Assembly: GCA_045862955.1 (NCBI GenBank) | Contig: BTVI01000040.1 | Span: 1-27,537 of the forward strand | DNA from: Fimbriimonadales bacterium | GTDB taxonomy: Bacteria > Armatimonadota > Fimbriimonadia > Fimbriimonadales > JABRVX01 | Reading direction: 5' to 3' | DNA length: 27,537 nt | In this document: in pieces, positions 1 through 8,342 of the stretch | How the letters are laid out: each line of letters starts with the position of its first letter | Position numbering within the stretch: position 1 is the first letter of the stretch | Position numbers and translations under genes: made by a program | The notes under the pieces: model-generated | Database searches by the model: none | What the model saw: the letters and a program-made list of their open reading frames with translations, nothing else | Told to the model about the DNA's origin: nothing

Positions 1-930
1 GACGTCGGGCTTACCATGACGTTTCCTCACCGACCGATCCACTTGCAGAGGGTGGGTTACCGGGAAGGAGGCACCGTACCCAGGGCATCCCAAACCGTCA
101 TGCTGAGCTTGTCGAAGCATGACGGCACCTGCCGCGATGGTGGTATCCGAGGCCGTTAGCGTGCTGGGGGCGGGGTCATGCTTCGACAGGCTCAGCATGA
201 CGTAGAGGTTCAGCATGACGAGACGGCACTTGCCGCGATGGTGGTATCCGAGGCCGTTATCGTGCTGGGGGCGGGGTCATGCTTCGACAGGCTCAGCATG
301 ACGTAGAGGCTCAGCATGACGGTTGCGGGGCGGCTGTTTTCTCTATGCCCCGGCCCGCGTCCGCCGACTAGCAGCTACCGACGGCTTGCCTGGGACCTAA
401 GGACCGCGCCGGGGCAGGGTCGGGGGCGGCTGCGGGGTCATGCTTCGACAGGCTCAGCATGACGCCTAGCTCACCATGAGGTCAGGCTCAGCATGACGTC
501 GGGCTTACCATGACGTTTCCTCACCGACCGATCCACTTGCAGAGGGTGGGTTACCGGGAAGGAGGCACCGTACCCAGGGCATCCCAAACCGTCATGCTGA
601 GCTTGTCGAAGCATGACGGCACCTGCCGCGATGGCCGTATCCGAGGCCGTGAGCGTGTTGGGGGCGGGGTCATGCTTCGACGAGCTCAGCATGACGTAGA
701 GGTTCAGCATGACGGGACGGCACTTGCCGCGATGGTAGTATCCGAGGTCGGTAGCGTGCTGGGGGCGGGGTCATGCTTCGACAAGCTCAGCATGACGTCT
801 AGCTCACCATGAGGTCAGGCTCAGCATGACGGCTGGCTCACCATGAGGTCCGGCTCGGCATGACGTAGAGGCCCAGCATGGCGGTCCCGGGTGGGCTGCA
901 GGCCTCCATGCCCCGGCCCGCGTTCCGACG
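1..930. repeat. REP/BIME-like mosaic array 1 (CGTC-tagged 27-nt palindrome), truncated by the window start
   Basis: GTCATGCTGAGCTTGTCGAAGCATGAC at 97 and 591; reverse-complement form GTCATGCTTCGACAGGCTCAGCATGAC (minor variants) at 175, 276, 437, 669, 770. A 494-nt internal duplication maps 97->591, 175->669, 276->770. Tandem 17/18-nt half units at 464-514 and 797-882. Confidence 0.93.
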
Positions 931-1063
931 CCCAGCACGCCCCCTCCAGATGCCGACAATCCAAGAAACGCCCCGGTGAAACTGAGGCGACAACCACCCA
1001 GTCGTACGGACTGAACCCAATGTTGCCGCGGGGCCCCGAAGCCGACTCGCCACCAGCTCGCGG

Positions 1064-1069
1064 TACAAT
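1064..1069 (+). promoter_or_regulatory. Putative -10 box (TACAAT) for tRNA-Ala
   Basis: TACAAT lies 10 nt upstream of the mature tRNA 5' end; no good -35 seen. Confidence 0.5.
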
Positions 1070-1079
1070 GGTCGCCCGT

Positions 1080-1155
1080 GGGGGCTTAGCTCAGTTGGGA
1101 GAGCGGCTGCTTTGCACGCAGCAGGTCAGCGGTTCGAATCCGCTAGCCTCCACCA
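1080..1155 (+). tRNA. tRNA-Ala (anticodon TGC)
   Basis: Cloverleaf: acceptor GGGGGCT/AGCCTCC with the G3:U70 Ala identity pair, D arm GCTC/GAGC, anticodon arm GCTGC-TTTGCAC-GCAGC, T arm AGCGG-TTCGAAT-CCGCT, encoded ACCA. Confidence 0.98.
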
Positions 1156-1426
1156 ACTCGCCTTGGGCGGGTCATCTACGTCGAGGCACCGATTACGCCC
1201 CTCGCCGAGGACGTACCCCACGCATCGTCAGGCAAACTCTCGAGTAGCCCCTTGTCTCCATGAAGGGCTGTCGCACGGTACCGCTCTGGGAAACACCGCA
1301 TCGCTGCCCGAAGGCAAGGGCGGGGTCGATGGCAGGAGCAGACCCCCTCAGGCCTTGCGCATCACCCTGGGAACTAGATACCTGCCGCAACAGCCGGCGG
1401 TCGGGCGCTGGGAAGGATACTGAGAG

Positions 1427-1456
1427 TTGCGAAAGTCGGAGCGAATGTGCTATTCT
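1427..1456 (+). promoter_or_regulatory. Sigma70-type promoter for tRNA-fMet (TTGCGA-18-TATTCT, extended -10 TGn)
   Basis: TTGCGA at 1427-1432, TG at 1448-1449, TATTCT at 1451-1456, 12 nt before the tRNA. Confidence 0.6.
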
Positions 1457-1468
1457 TTAGCCCGAGGT

Positions 1469-1545
<77 letters not shown>

Positions 1546-1719
1546 TTTTCTTTTGGTCCCTTCGCCCCCGGTCCACCCGGCCCTTTGGGCTGCCGCGCCA
1601 TTGCCGCTCTCGCGGCGGAGGCTACCGGGTGTTTCCCCTCGAATGCCGACGATCTAGCCCAGGTGGACGAGACTGTCTCAGGAACACCGTTCCGCCCTGG
1701 TATCGAAGCTGGAGACTAG

Positions 1720-2418
1720 CTAACGGCCCCTGCCGCGGTGCCGGAGGGACGCCGCGAAGATGCCCCCTAACAGGCCGCACAGTGCCGAAGGCTCCGGCAC
1801 AACCACGACGCGGTTGTCGGTGACGTCCACCGTTGCGCCCGTGGAGTCCAGCATGCGCGTCGTGAGGCCTCTCTCTGTGATACGGCCGTCCAGCGCCCAG
1901 TCGAGCACCTCGCCCTCGGAACCCGGCTGCACGGTGAACTCGAACAGCTTGCGGTCGGCGTTCTGCGCCCCCGTACGGTCGGTGGCACCGATCAACACGT
2001 ACAGCGCGCGGTCGGCAACCCTGGCCGAACCGCTGTCCGTCGGAAGGATGGCGTTATCGTAGATCGGCCCGTAGTCGGGCTGGTGGAAGACCCGGATCGG
2101 ATACCAGGTAGGTGGTGTGAAGGCGTTGGAGGCCTGAGCTGCCCACGTGTTCGCCGCGTCGTCGCTCATCAGCGTCAGGCCGTCCAGAATGAGAGTCGCC
2201 TGGAGGGTCCCCCACTTCATCTCGAAGAAAGGGTCCACGTGGGTCCGGAAGCGGACGGCGATCCGGTCGCCCGGTTCGGCGAGGAGCGCTCCCGCGTTGT
2301 CTGAGCCACGGGTGAGGTTCTCGAACCACAGGCGTGCGTCGAGCCACCCCTGCCCTGCGGCGCTCGAAGCCAGGAAACACGGGCAGAGAAGAAGCACCAT
2401 CCATCGGGCAATCATCAC
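1720..2418 (-). CDS. PEP-CTERM sorting-domain secreted protein
   Basis: C-terminus VPEPSALCGLLGGIFAASLRHRGRGR (PEP motif, hydrophobic helix, basic tail). N-terminal signal peptide (M)MIARWMVLLLCPCFLASSAAG. AAGGAGG lies 8 nt before GTG 2418, so the real start is downstream of the ORF-track start. Confidence 0.9.
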   Translation of the reverse strand: MMIARWMVLLLCPCFLASSAAGQGWLDARLWFENLTRGSDNAGALLAEPGDRIAVRFRTHVDPFFEMKWGTLQATLILDGLTLMSDDAANTWAAQASNAFTPPTWYPIRVFHQPDYGPIYDNAILPTDSGSARVADRALYVLIGATDRTGAQNADRKLFEFTVQPGSEGEVLDWALDGRITERGLTTRMLDSTGATVDVTDNRVVVVPEPSALCGLLGGIFAASLRHRGRGR

Positions 2419-2449
2419 AAGCCAATCCTCCTTAGAAGATCGCCCCTCC

Positions 2450-2455
2450 ATTATA
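2450..2455 (-). promoter_or_regulatory. Putative -10 box TATAAT for the PEP-CTERM gene
   Basis: ATTATA on the + strand is consensus TATAAT on the - strand, just upstream of the RBS; -35 is weak. Confidence 0.5.
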
Positions 2456-2530
2456 CGCCCGTTTTCGCCCCTGTGCATTGTGCAGGCGAACGCCTTAGAA
2501 ACGGCTAGGGGGCCACTCCAAGGAGGATCG

Positions 2531-3744
2531 CTACCTCTTCTGGCGCCAGTAGCTCAGTAGCGTGGTCTCCTCGGGACTCAGAGTCGCCGAAGCCGGATCA
2601 CCCGTCGGCCGGTGCTCGAAGTCCGAGTCCATCGTTGCGAGAGCTGCCATAGCGGCGCGGACCACCATAGGGTCGTCGTCGTCCAAGTGCCTCAGAACCT
2701 GGTCCCGGTACGCTCGGCAGCTGTGGCTGGCAAGATTGTAAAGCGCGTTTCGCCGAATTGGAGCGAAGCGGGATGCGAGCAGCCGCACTGACGCCTCAGG
2801 GGCAGCAGTCATATTGTGCCCCATCGTCGCCACGGCGTCGGCAAGGCACGGAACGACATCAGCTGCGACGAAGGACTCCTGCGCCAGAATAGCCTGAGCA
2901 ATCTGGCCAGCGGCACCGGGATCGCCCCAGAGAGCCGAAGCGACCAGCCGGTCGAGCAGCTCCTGGAGCGGTCGGTCTTGGTCGGCAGGATGCAGCTTCG
3001 GCAGGATCTCCACCCTAAAGAACTCAAACGGATTGGGGCCGAGGAGCTCTGCCATCCGACGTGCGTGCTGGTCCTTGTCGCCAACGCGACGATTGAGGTC
3101 TGCCACGGGCGGAGACGGCCATAGCTGGCGTGATCCCAGCAAGTCGGCCTCGCCGGCATCGCTCGGCGAGAGTTCCTTCGCCACCGCCAGGACTCTCGCA
3201 AGATCCCTTCCGGGATAGTCATGCTTGATGAGCCTTGCCGACCATGCTTGAGGCGACACCGAAAGGGTCCGCCCAGGGCGAGTGAAGTCGTAAATGGCGA
3301 ACCCCACGTCAGCAGGCGCGTCGAACGTCGCGTCGTTGCCTCCAGGCAGGTAGTTGGACACGCGGAACCTGCCGTCCTTGGACCGCTGAAGGAAAAGCAG
3401 CACCCGCTCGCCCACCGGAAGAACCAGGGAGCGCCGCAAGTTGGATTGGCCGCCGGCCGGCCAACCGGTTCCGTCCTTCGAAGAAGCAGCCACCACCGCA
3501 ATCTCCGTGTGGCAGGCACCCTTGATTGGCACGACTTCCCGCAACTGGTAGATGCCGAAGGCCGTCTCGCGCGCTAGCCGGCCTTCGAGCGAACCGTCCG
3601 ATATGCAACTTCGGGCGACTCGGCCGTGACCTGGGCCATCACGACGAGTTCGCATGCTGCAAGCTGATCGAGCGACACCCCGGCATCCGCACCGGTATGG
3701 ACTGGCAGGGCCAGTAGCAGGGCGAAAAAGGGTTGGATGATCAT
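2531..3744 (-). pseudogene. Frameshifted secreted protein with C-terminal HEAT-like repeats
   Basis: GGAGAAGGA RBS then ATG 3744 opens a 56-aa ORF (MIIQPFFALLLALPVHTGADAGVSLDQLAACELVVMAQV..., stop 3574) with a signal peptide. The protein-like body (EGRLARETAFGIYQLREVVPIKG... RHLDDDDPMVVRAAMAALATM) is in the -1 frame and ends at 2531. Confidence 0.7.
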
Positions 3745-3815
3745 AGTCCTTCTCCGATCTTGCGCAAATCAGCTTCTCGTGCGGTCCGTCCCGATACGCA
3801 GAGTGTACTGCCCAA

Positions 3816-4415
3816 TCAACTGAGTGTGGCCAGCGCTGGGGCTTGAGCGTAGTCCGGCAAGCCAGAGCCGGGGTCGAAGCCATGGAAAGTTAGGTACCAC
3901 GGGTTAGCAGGGTTCCTTGCATCGTGCGCCCAATCGGGGTGCAGGGACTGCATGGTGACCACCATGCTTCCTCCGATGACGTAGTAGGTGCCTTCGAGTG
4001 AGAAGCTACTCAATGGGTCGTCATAGTCCGTGAACACGTACGCTATGGAGACCTCTCCCGGAGCGTAGAAGTCGACCCTAACCGGTGGCGGGTCTTGGCC
4101 AGACTGCGAGTCCCAACTGATCGTGGTTGGCCAAGCGCCGCAGCCCTGAAACGTCCACGTCCACGCCACGTGGTGTCCGACGACGACGGGCGGAGGGTCG
4201 GTTACCGTAAAAGTCTCCTGGACGTGACCGCCAAGGGAGTCCCAGTCCCCGGACAGACCACCTGCAGTCTGGTATTGCCCGATATAGGGATCGTAGGCGA
4301 GCGACGGCGGCGACGGGCCGATCAGGCCGGCAAGAACAGCGAATAGGGTCGCTGCCGTCCTGCCGCGGGCAAACGGCGCACGGAACACCCTCGCTTCCGG
4401 ACCTCTTTGCTGCAT
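3816..4415 (-). CDS. Hypothetical secreted beta-rich protein, possibly truncated
   Basis: GGGGGA RBS, signal peptide (..TAATLFAVLAGLIGPSPPSLA), Trp/Tyr/Thr/Pro-rich mature part. Ends abruptly. Confidence 0.65.
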   Translation of the reverse strand: MQQRGPEARVFRAPFARGRTAATLFAVLAGLIGPSPPSLAYDPYIGQYQTAGGLSGDWDSLGGHVQETFTVTDPPPVVVGHHVAWTWTFQGCGAWPTTISWDSQSGQDPPPVRVDFYAPGEVSIAYVFTDYDDPLSSFSLEGTYYVIGGSMVVTMQSLHPDWAHDARNPANPWYLTFHGFDPGSGLPDYAQAPALATLS

Positions 4416-4806
4416 CTCTAGTCCCCCAGGTTACCAGTATACGTAATATCCTAGCATGTAGATCTCTGTTCGATAGATGATTTCCGGAAGATACTCACGC
4501 TTTGCCGGAGGCAGGGAGCCACTCTGCGACCTGAGTACGTGTGGTCGCCTGCAGCGCCCAACCTCAGTTTGCGCATTGCCAGAAAGCTCGACTGGAGGGC
4601 CAAGTGGTGCCCTTAGCCATGAGCGGTAGGGGCTCGGGAGAGGAGCACGGGGCGACTCGGCTGGCCGGTTTCCATCTCGGCGGGAACGCACTGGGGCCGT
4701 CGGCCCTGCCGACAATCCGGGTAGGTATCATCTCGGCTGCCGCGAAACCGACCTGCCGCCGCGGAGCCGGTCGGCACTACGCAGGCGAGACCGAAGGAGA
4801 CTTCTC

Positions 4807-6030
4807 GTGACCGTTGACCAACAACTCGAAATCCTACGCAGGGGAGCCGAGGAGATCATCTCGGAAGAGGAGCTTCGCGCCAAGCTAGAGCGCTCGATAG
4901 CCACCGGCAAGCCGCTGCGCGCGAAGTTGGGCGTGGACCCGACTGCACCCGCGGTAACCCTCGGCTGGGCCGTGGTGCTACGCAAGCTCCGCCAGTTCCA
5001 AGACTTGGGTCACGAGGCGTGCCTGATCGTGGGCGACTTCACGGCAATGATCGGAGACCCCAGCGGCACCAGCAAGACGCGCCGGCAGCTCTCCCGCGAA
5101 GAGGTTCAGCAGAATGTGCGCGCGGTGGAGCCCCAGCTCTACAAGATCTTGGACCCCGAGCGCACGCGCATCTACTACAACGCAGATTGGCTGGGCAAAA
5201 TGGACTTCGCGGACGTGATCCGTCTCGCCTCCAAGACCACGGTCGCGCGCATTCTGGAGCGGGACGACTTCACCAACCGCCTGCGCGAGGAGAAACCGAT
5301 CGGGCTACACGAGATCCTATACCCCCTGTGCCAAGGTCAAGACTCCGTGGAGATTCACGCGGATGTCGAGCTAGGCGGTACCGACCAAAAGTTCAACAAC
5401 CTGGTAGGCCGAAACCTGCAGCGCGAGATCGGTCAGGAGCCGCAGGTGGTGCTGCTGATGCCGCTGTTAGTGGGCCTAGATGGCGTGGAGAAGATGTCCC
5501 AGTCGCTGGGAAATTACATCGGCATCACCGAAGAGCCGTTCCAGATGTACGGGAAGGTGATGTCCATCCCGGACCACCTGATCGAGAACTACTTTACACT
5601 GGCGACGGATGTGCCACTGGACGAGGTGGCTCGGTTGGTGCGCGGCATCCGAGAAGGCACAGAGCACCCGATGGAAGTGAAGAAGCGACTCGCGCGCGAG
5701 ATCACTACCATCTACCACTCGCAAGCCGAGGCGCTGGCGGCAGAGGAACAGTGGCTGACGCAATACAGCAAACGCGAGGGACCGACCGAAGTGCCCGAGG
5801 CCGACATCCCCGCGGTTGCGGTGCGCGATGGCAGGGTGTCACTGGCCGCACTGATCGCCGGCTTGGGTCTGGCGGCATCCAACGGCGAGGCACGGCGACT
5901 GATTCAGCAGGGCGGCGTGCAGCTCGACGGCGAGCGCGTCAGCGATCCGATGGCGACGCTCGCTCCTTCCGACCTCATCGGCAAGGTGCTCAAGGTCGGC
6001 AAGCACCACTATCGGCGCTTGCGATCGTAG
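4807..6030 (+). CDS. tyrS: Tyrosine--tRNA ligase
   Basis: KLGVDPTAP, LRKLRQFQDLGH, GDFTAMIGDPSG, YPLCQGQDS, ELGGTDQKFN and a C-terminal S4-like domain (SNGEARRLIQQGGV..KVGK). GAAGGAG RBS before GTG. Confidence 0.96.
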   Translation: MTVDQQLEILRRGAEEIISEEELRAKLERSIATGKPLRAKLGVDPTAPAVTLGWAVVLRKLRQFQDLGHEACLIVGDFTAMIGDPSGTSKTRRQLSREEVQQNVRAVEPQLYKILDPERTRIYYNADWLGKMDFADVIRLASKTTVARILERDDFTNRLREEKPIGLHEILYPLCQGQDSVEIHADVELGGTDQKFNNLVGRNLQREIGQEPQVVLLMPLLVGLDGVEKMSQSLGNYIGITEEPFQMYGKVMSIPDHLIENYFTLATDVPLDEVARLVRGIREGTEHPMEVKKRLAREITTIYHSQAEALAAEEQWLTQYSKREGPTEVPEADIPAVAVRDGRVSLAALIAGLGLAASNGEARRLIQQGGVQLDGERVSDPMATLAPSDLIGKVLKVGKHHYRRLRS

Positions 6031-6391
6031 TTTGGCCGTCCCGGCGACGAACCCCTACGGCACCGGCGATGGGTAGGCTCTCCGCTCTTGCATGCCCTGA
6101 GCCTCTGCCATCTCTGCGAACCCTCTGCCGTCTCCGCGTGATAGCCCGAACCGTACGCTGGTGATGCCGAGCCCGTCGTGACCGGCAGCAGAACGCCTGT
6201 CCAGGGCCCGCGCTGGACGCGCAGAGCTCCGCGGTGAGCGCAGAGGGGCCATCCCAGCGCAATCGCGTGTAAAGGGGGTTCACGATGTCTTTGAACACCC
6301 GTAGCCGATGCAGCCCGTCTGCCCTGAGGAGGAGGGAGAAGGGCGGCACGCGGGTATCCTATGGCACCGACCACCGCGCAAGGAGCCTGCG

Positions 6392-6952
6392 ATGAACGTA
6401 TGCGTGATCCACTCTCACCCCAAGCCCTATGGCAGCCTGAACTACGCGTTCGTCGAGGCGTACGTGCGTGGTGCCGAGAGTGCAGGACACGCGGCGAGAG
6501 TGCTCGACCTATACCGAATGCACTACGAGACCTGCCTCGTGCTCGCCGACGACTGGGAGCAGCCCCTAGAGCCCGACCTGATTCGCGCACAACAGACCAT
6601 CCAGTGGTGCGACCATCTGGCGGTCATTTTCCCCCTGTGGTGCAACACCACGCCGGCCCGTCTAACTGGGTTCATCGAACGCGCCTTCGCCCCTATCGCC
6701 GCCCGCTTCGTCAACGACAAGTGGCAGCCCCTTCTGACAGGTCGGAGCGCGCGAGTGCTCGTCACCGCTGACGCACCCAAAGAAAGCATCGAGCAGGGCG
6801 ACTCGGCCAGGATCCAGGTGTGCAGCATGTTGTACTGGGCTGGGATGGATCCCATCGAGTACCGCCTGTTCGATCTGGTAGCCAAGTCCACGATGAAGCA
6901 GCGCAAGGAGTGGATCAAAGAGGTCGAGCATCTCGGTGCGAACCTCCCTTAG
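6392..6952 (+). CDS. NAD(P)H-dependent oxidoreductase, flavodoxin-like fold (quinone reductase type)
   Basis: HSHPKPYGSLN FMN loop, LEPDLIRAQQTIQWCDHLAVIFPLWCNTTPARLTGFIERAF, LLTGRSARV. AAGGAG before ATG 6392. Confidence 0.9.
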   Translation: MNVCVIHSHPKPYGSLNYAFVEAYVRGAESAGHAARVLDLYRMHYETCLVLADDWEQPLEPDLIRAQQTIQWCDHLAVIFPLWCNTTPARLTGFIERAFAPIAARFVNDKWQPLLTGRSARVLVTADAPKESIEQGDSARIQVCSMLYWAGMDPIEYRLFDLVAKSTMKQRKEWIKEVEHLGANLP

Positions 6953-7529
6953 CACTGTGCCTCCTCGTCTCATCCTGGCTTCGGCCTCGCCCCGCCGGCG
7001 CGAGCTGCTAGCATCGCTCGGCCTGCACTTCGATGTGATCCCGAGCGACGTAGACGAGACCCTTCCCGACCTCCTTCTCGATCCATGCCGTACGGCGCGC
7101 CGGTTGGCCGCAGCCAAAGCCGAGGCAGTGGCGCGACAGCATCCCGACGCGGTGGTGATCGGGGCAGATACCCTGGTGTGCCTGGGCAGTCGATCTCTGG
7201 CCAAGCCCACCGATGAGGCCGATGCGATACGAATGCTGCGGCTGCTATCCGGCAAAACGCACCGTGTTATTACGGGGATCGCGGTTTGCGCAAAGGGACG
7301 CACCGCGCGCGCATCGGAGACTACATGGGTGACGTTCCGCCCGCTCATGGAACAAGAAATCTTGGAGTATGCCCGCACCGGCGAACCATTGGATAAGGCG
7401 GGTGCGTATGGAATACAGGCGGGCGCAGGGAGCTTTGTCGCGCGCGTCGAGGGCTGCTACAATAACGTGGTCGGCCTTCCGGTAGCGCGACTGGTTCGCC
7501 TGTTGCGCTGGGCGGGCGTTCTCGAATAA
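6936..7529 (+). CDS. maf: Maf-family nucleoside triphosphate pyrophosphatase (YhdE type)
   Basis: LILASASPRRRELL, IGADT, LAKP, LSGKTHRVITG, DKAGAYGIQ, NVVGLP. Start may instead be GTG 6957. Confidence 0.95.
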   Translation: MRTSLSTVPPRLILASASPRRRELLASLGLHFDVIPSDVDETLPDLLLDPCRTARRLAAAKAEAVARQHPDAVVIGADTLVCLGSRSLAKPTDEADAIRMLRLLSGKTHRVITGIAVCAKGRTARASETTWVTFRPLMEQEILEYARTGEPLDKAGAYGIQAGAGSFVARVEGCYNNVVGLPVARLVRLLRWAGVLE

Positions 7530-7598
7530 GGCGCCCCGGTCGCCGTACGAATTGACTCGCGGCCTGGAGTGGGGCCGCGTCCATAGGAGGAAACTCAG

Positions 7599-8267
7599 GT
7601 GAAGAGGGTTTTGCTTTCGTTGGCCGTTTTCGGCCTGTTGAGCATGGCGCTGGCCCAGACCACGGCGCCGCCGCAGGGACCGCCCAAAGGACCCGCCGTG
7701 GGGCCAGGGCAGACTAAGAACGAGAGTCCGCAGCAAGTGGGCTCCACGGACTGGGAGCATCCGGAGAACCTCAAGCGATTTCTTAAGCTCACGGACGAGC
7801 AGTTCGCTAAGGTCAAAGAGAGCTATGAGAAGATGGAGGCGGCGAACGCTGCGCTCGATCTGAAGAAGCTCGGCGACCTCGCCTACTACAAGGCGCAGAA
7901 CGACAATCGCGCCAAGTTCCGGGAAGGGCTGAAAACGATCCTGACCCAGGAGCAGTACAAGAAGTACAAGGAGCAGCTCGACGAGCGCTCACCCTACGAA
8001 TTGGATGAGGTGGAAGCCGCCGGCTTGGCCGCGCTCTCCCGAACCTATCGCGAAGAGGCCCAGCGCATCCAGAACGACCCGAACCTGACGAAGGAGCAGA
8101 AAGAGAAGAAGCTGCAAGAAGAGCAGATGAAGCTGCTGCAGGGCTTCGCGAGCCTGTGTAAGGGTCCGAAGAAAGAGAAGATGCAGCTGGCCATCAAGCA
8201 ATACAAGGAGATGCTGGAGAAGAACAAGGACACCAAGTCCGGCGACAAGCCGAAAACCGGACCGTAG
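7599..8267 (+). CDS. Secreted helical, highly charged protein with LTXXQ motifs (Spy/CpxP-like)
   Basis: AGGAGG RBS, signal peptide MKRVLLSLAVFGLLSMALA, motifs LTDEQ, LTQEQ, LTKEQ, K/E/Q-rich. Confidence 0.75.
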   Translation: MKRVLLSLAVFGLLSMALAQTTAPPQGPPKGPAVGPGQTKNESPQQVGSTDWEHPENLKRFLKLTDEQFAKVKESYEKMEAANAALDLKKLGDLAYYKAQNDNRAKFREGLKTILTQEQYKKYKEQLDERSPYELDEVEAAGLAALSRTYREEAQRIQNDPNLTKEQKEKKLQEEQMKLLQGFASLCKGPKKEKMQLAIKQYKEMLEKNKDTKSGDKPKTGP

Positions 8268-8300
8268 CCCACTCATTCGACTCCTAGATAGCCTGAAAGT

Positions 8301-8342
8301 GCCACGGGTGGCGGCCCCTTCCGCCGCCCGTGGTTAGTTGTT
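8301..8342 (+). terminator. Probable intrinsic terminator
   Basis: 14-bp stem GCCACGGGTGGCGG/CCGCCGCCCGTGGT with a 6-nt loop, followed by TAGTTGTT, 33 nt after the stop at 8267. Confidence 0.55.

Noticed and set aside
3769..3818. Selenocysteine read-through of the TGA at 3816-3818, prompted by selB
   Set aside because: No redox-motif context, only a weak 4-bp hairpin downstream rather than a convincing SECIS, and the frame closes again after about 24 codons.
1546..4800. Integrative element inserted at tRNA-fMet or tRNA-Ala
   Set aside because: No integrase, and no duplicated tRNA 3' end (att site) could be found.
4500..4806. T-box riboswitch upstream of tyrS
   Set aside because: No GGTGGNACCGCG T-box sequence and no terminator with a U tract found.
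5019..6164. Long alternative-frame and antisense ORFs over real genes (e.g. 5019-6164, 14454-15610, 13627-14580)
   Set aside because: Typical shadow ORFs of high-GC coding DNA, Arg/Pro/Gly-rich and without recognisable motifs.
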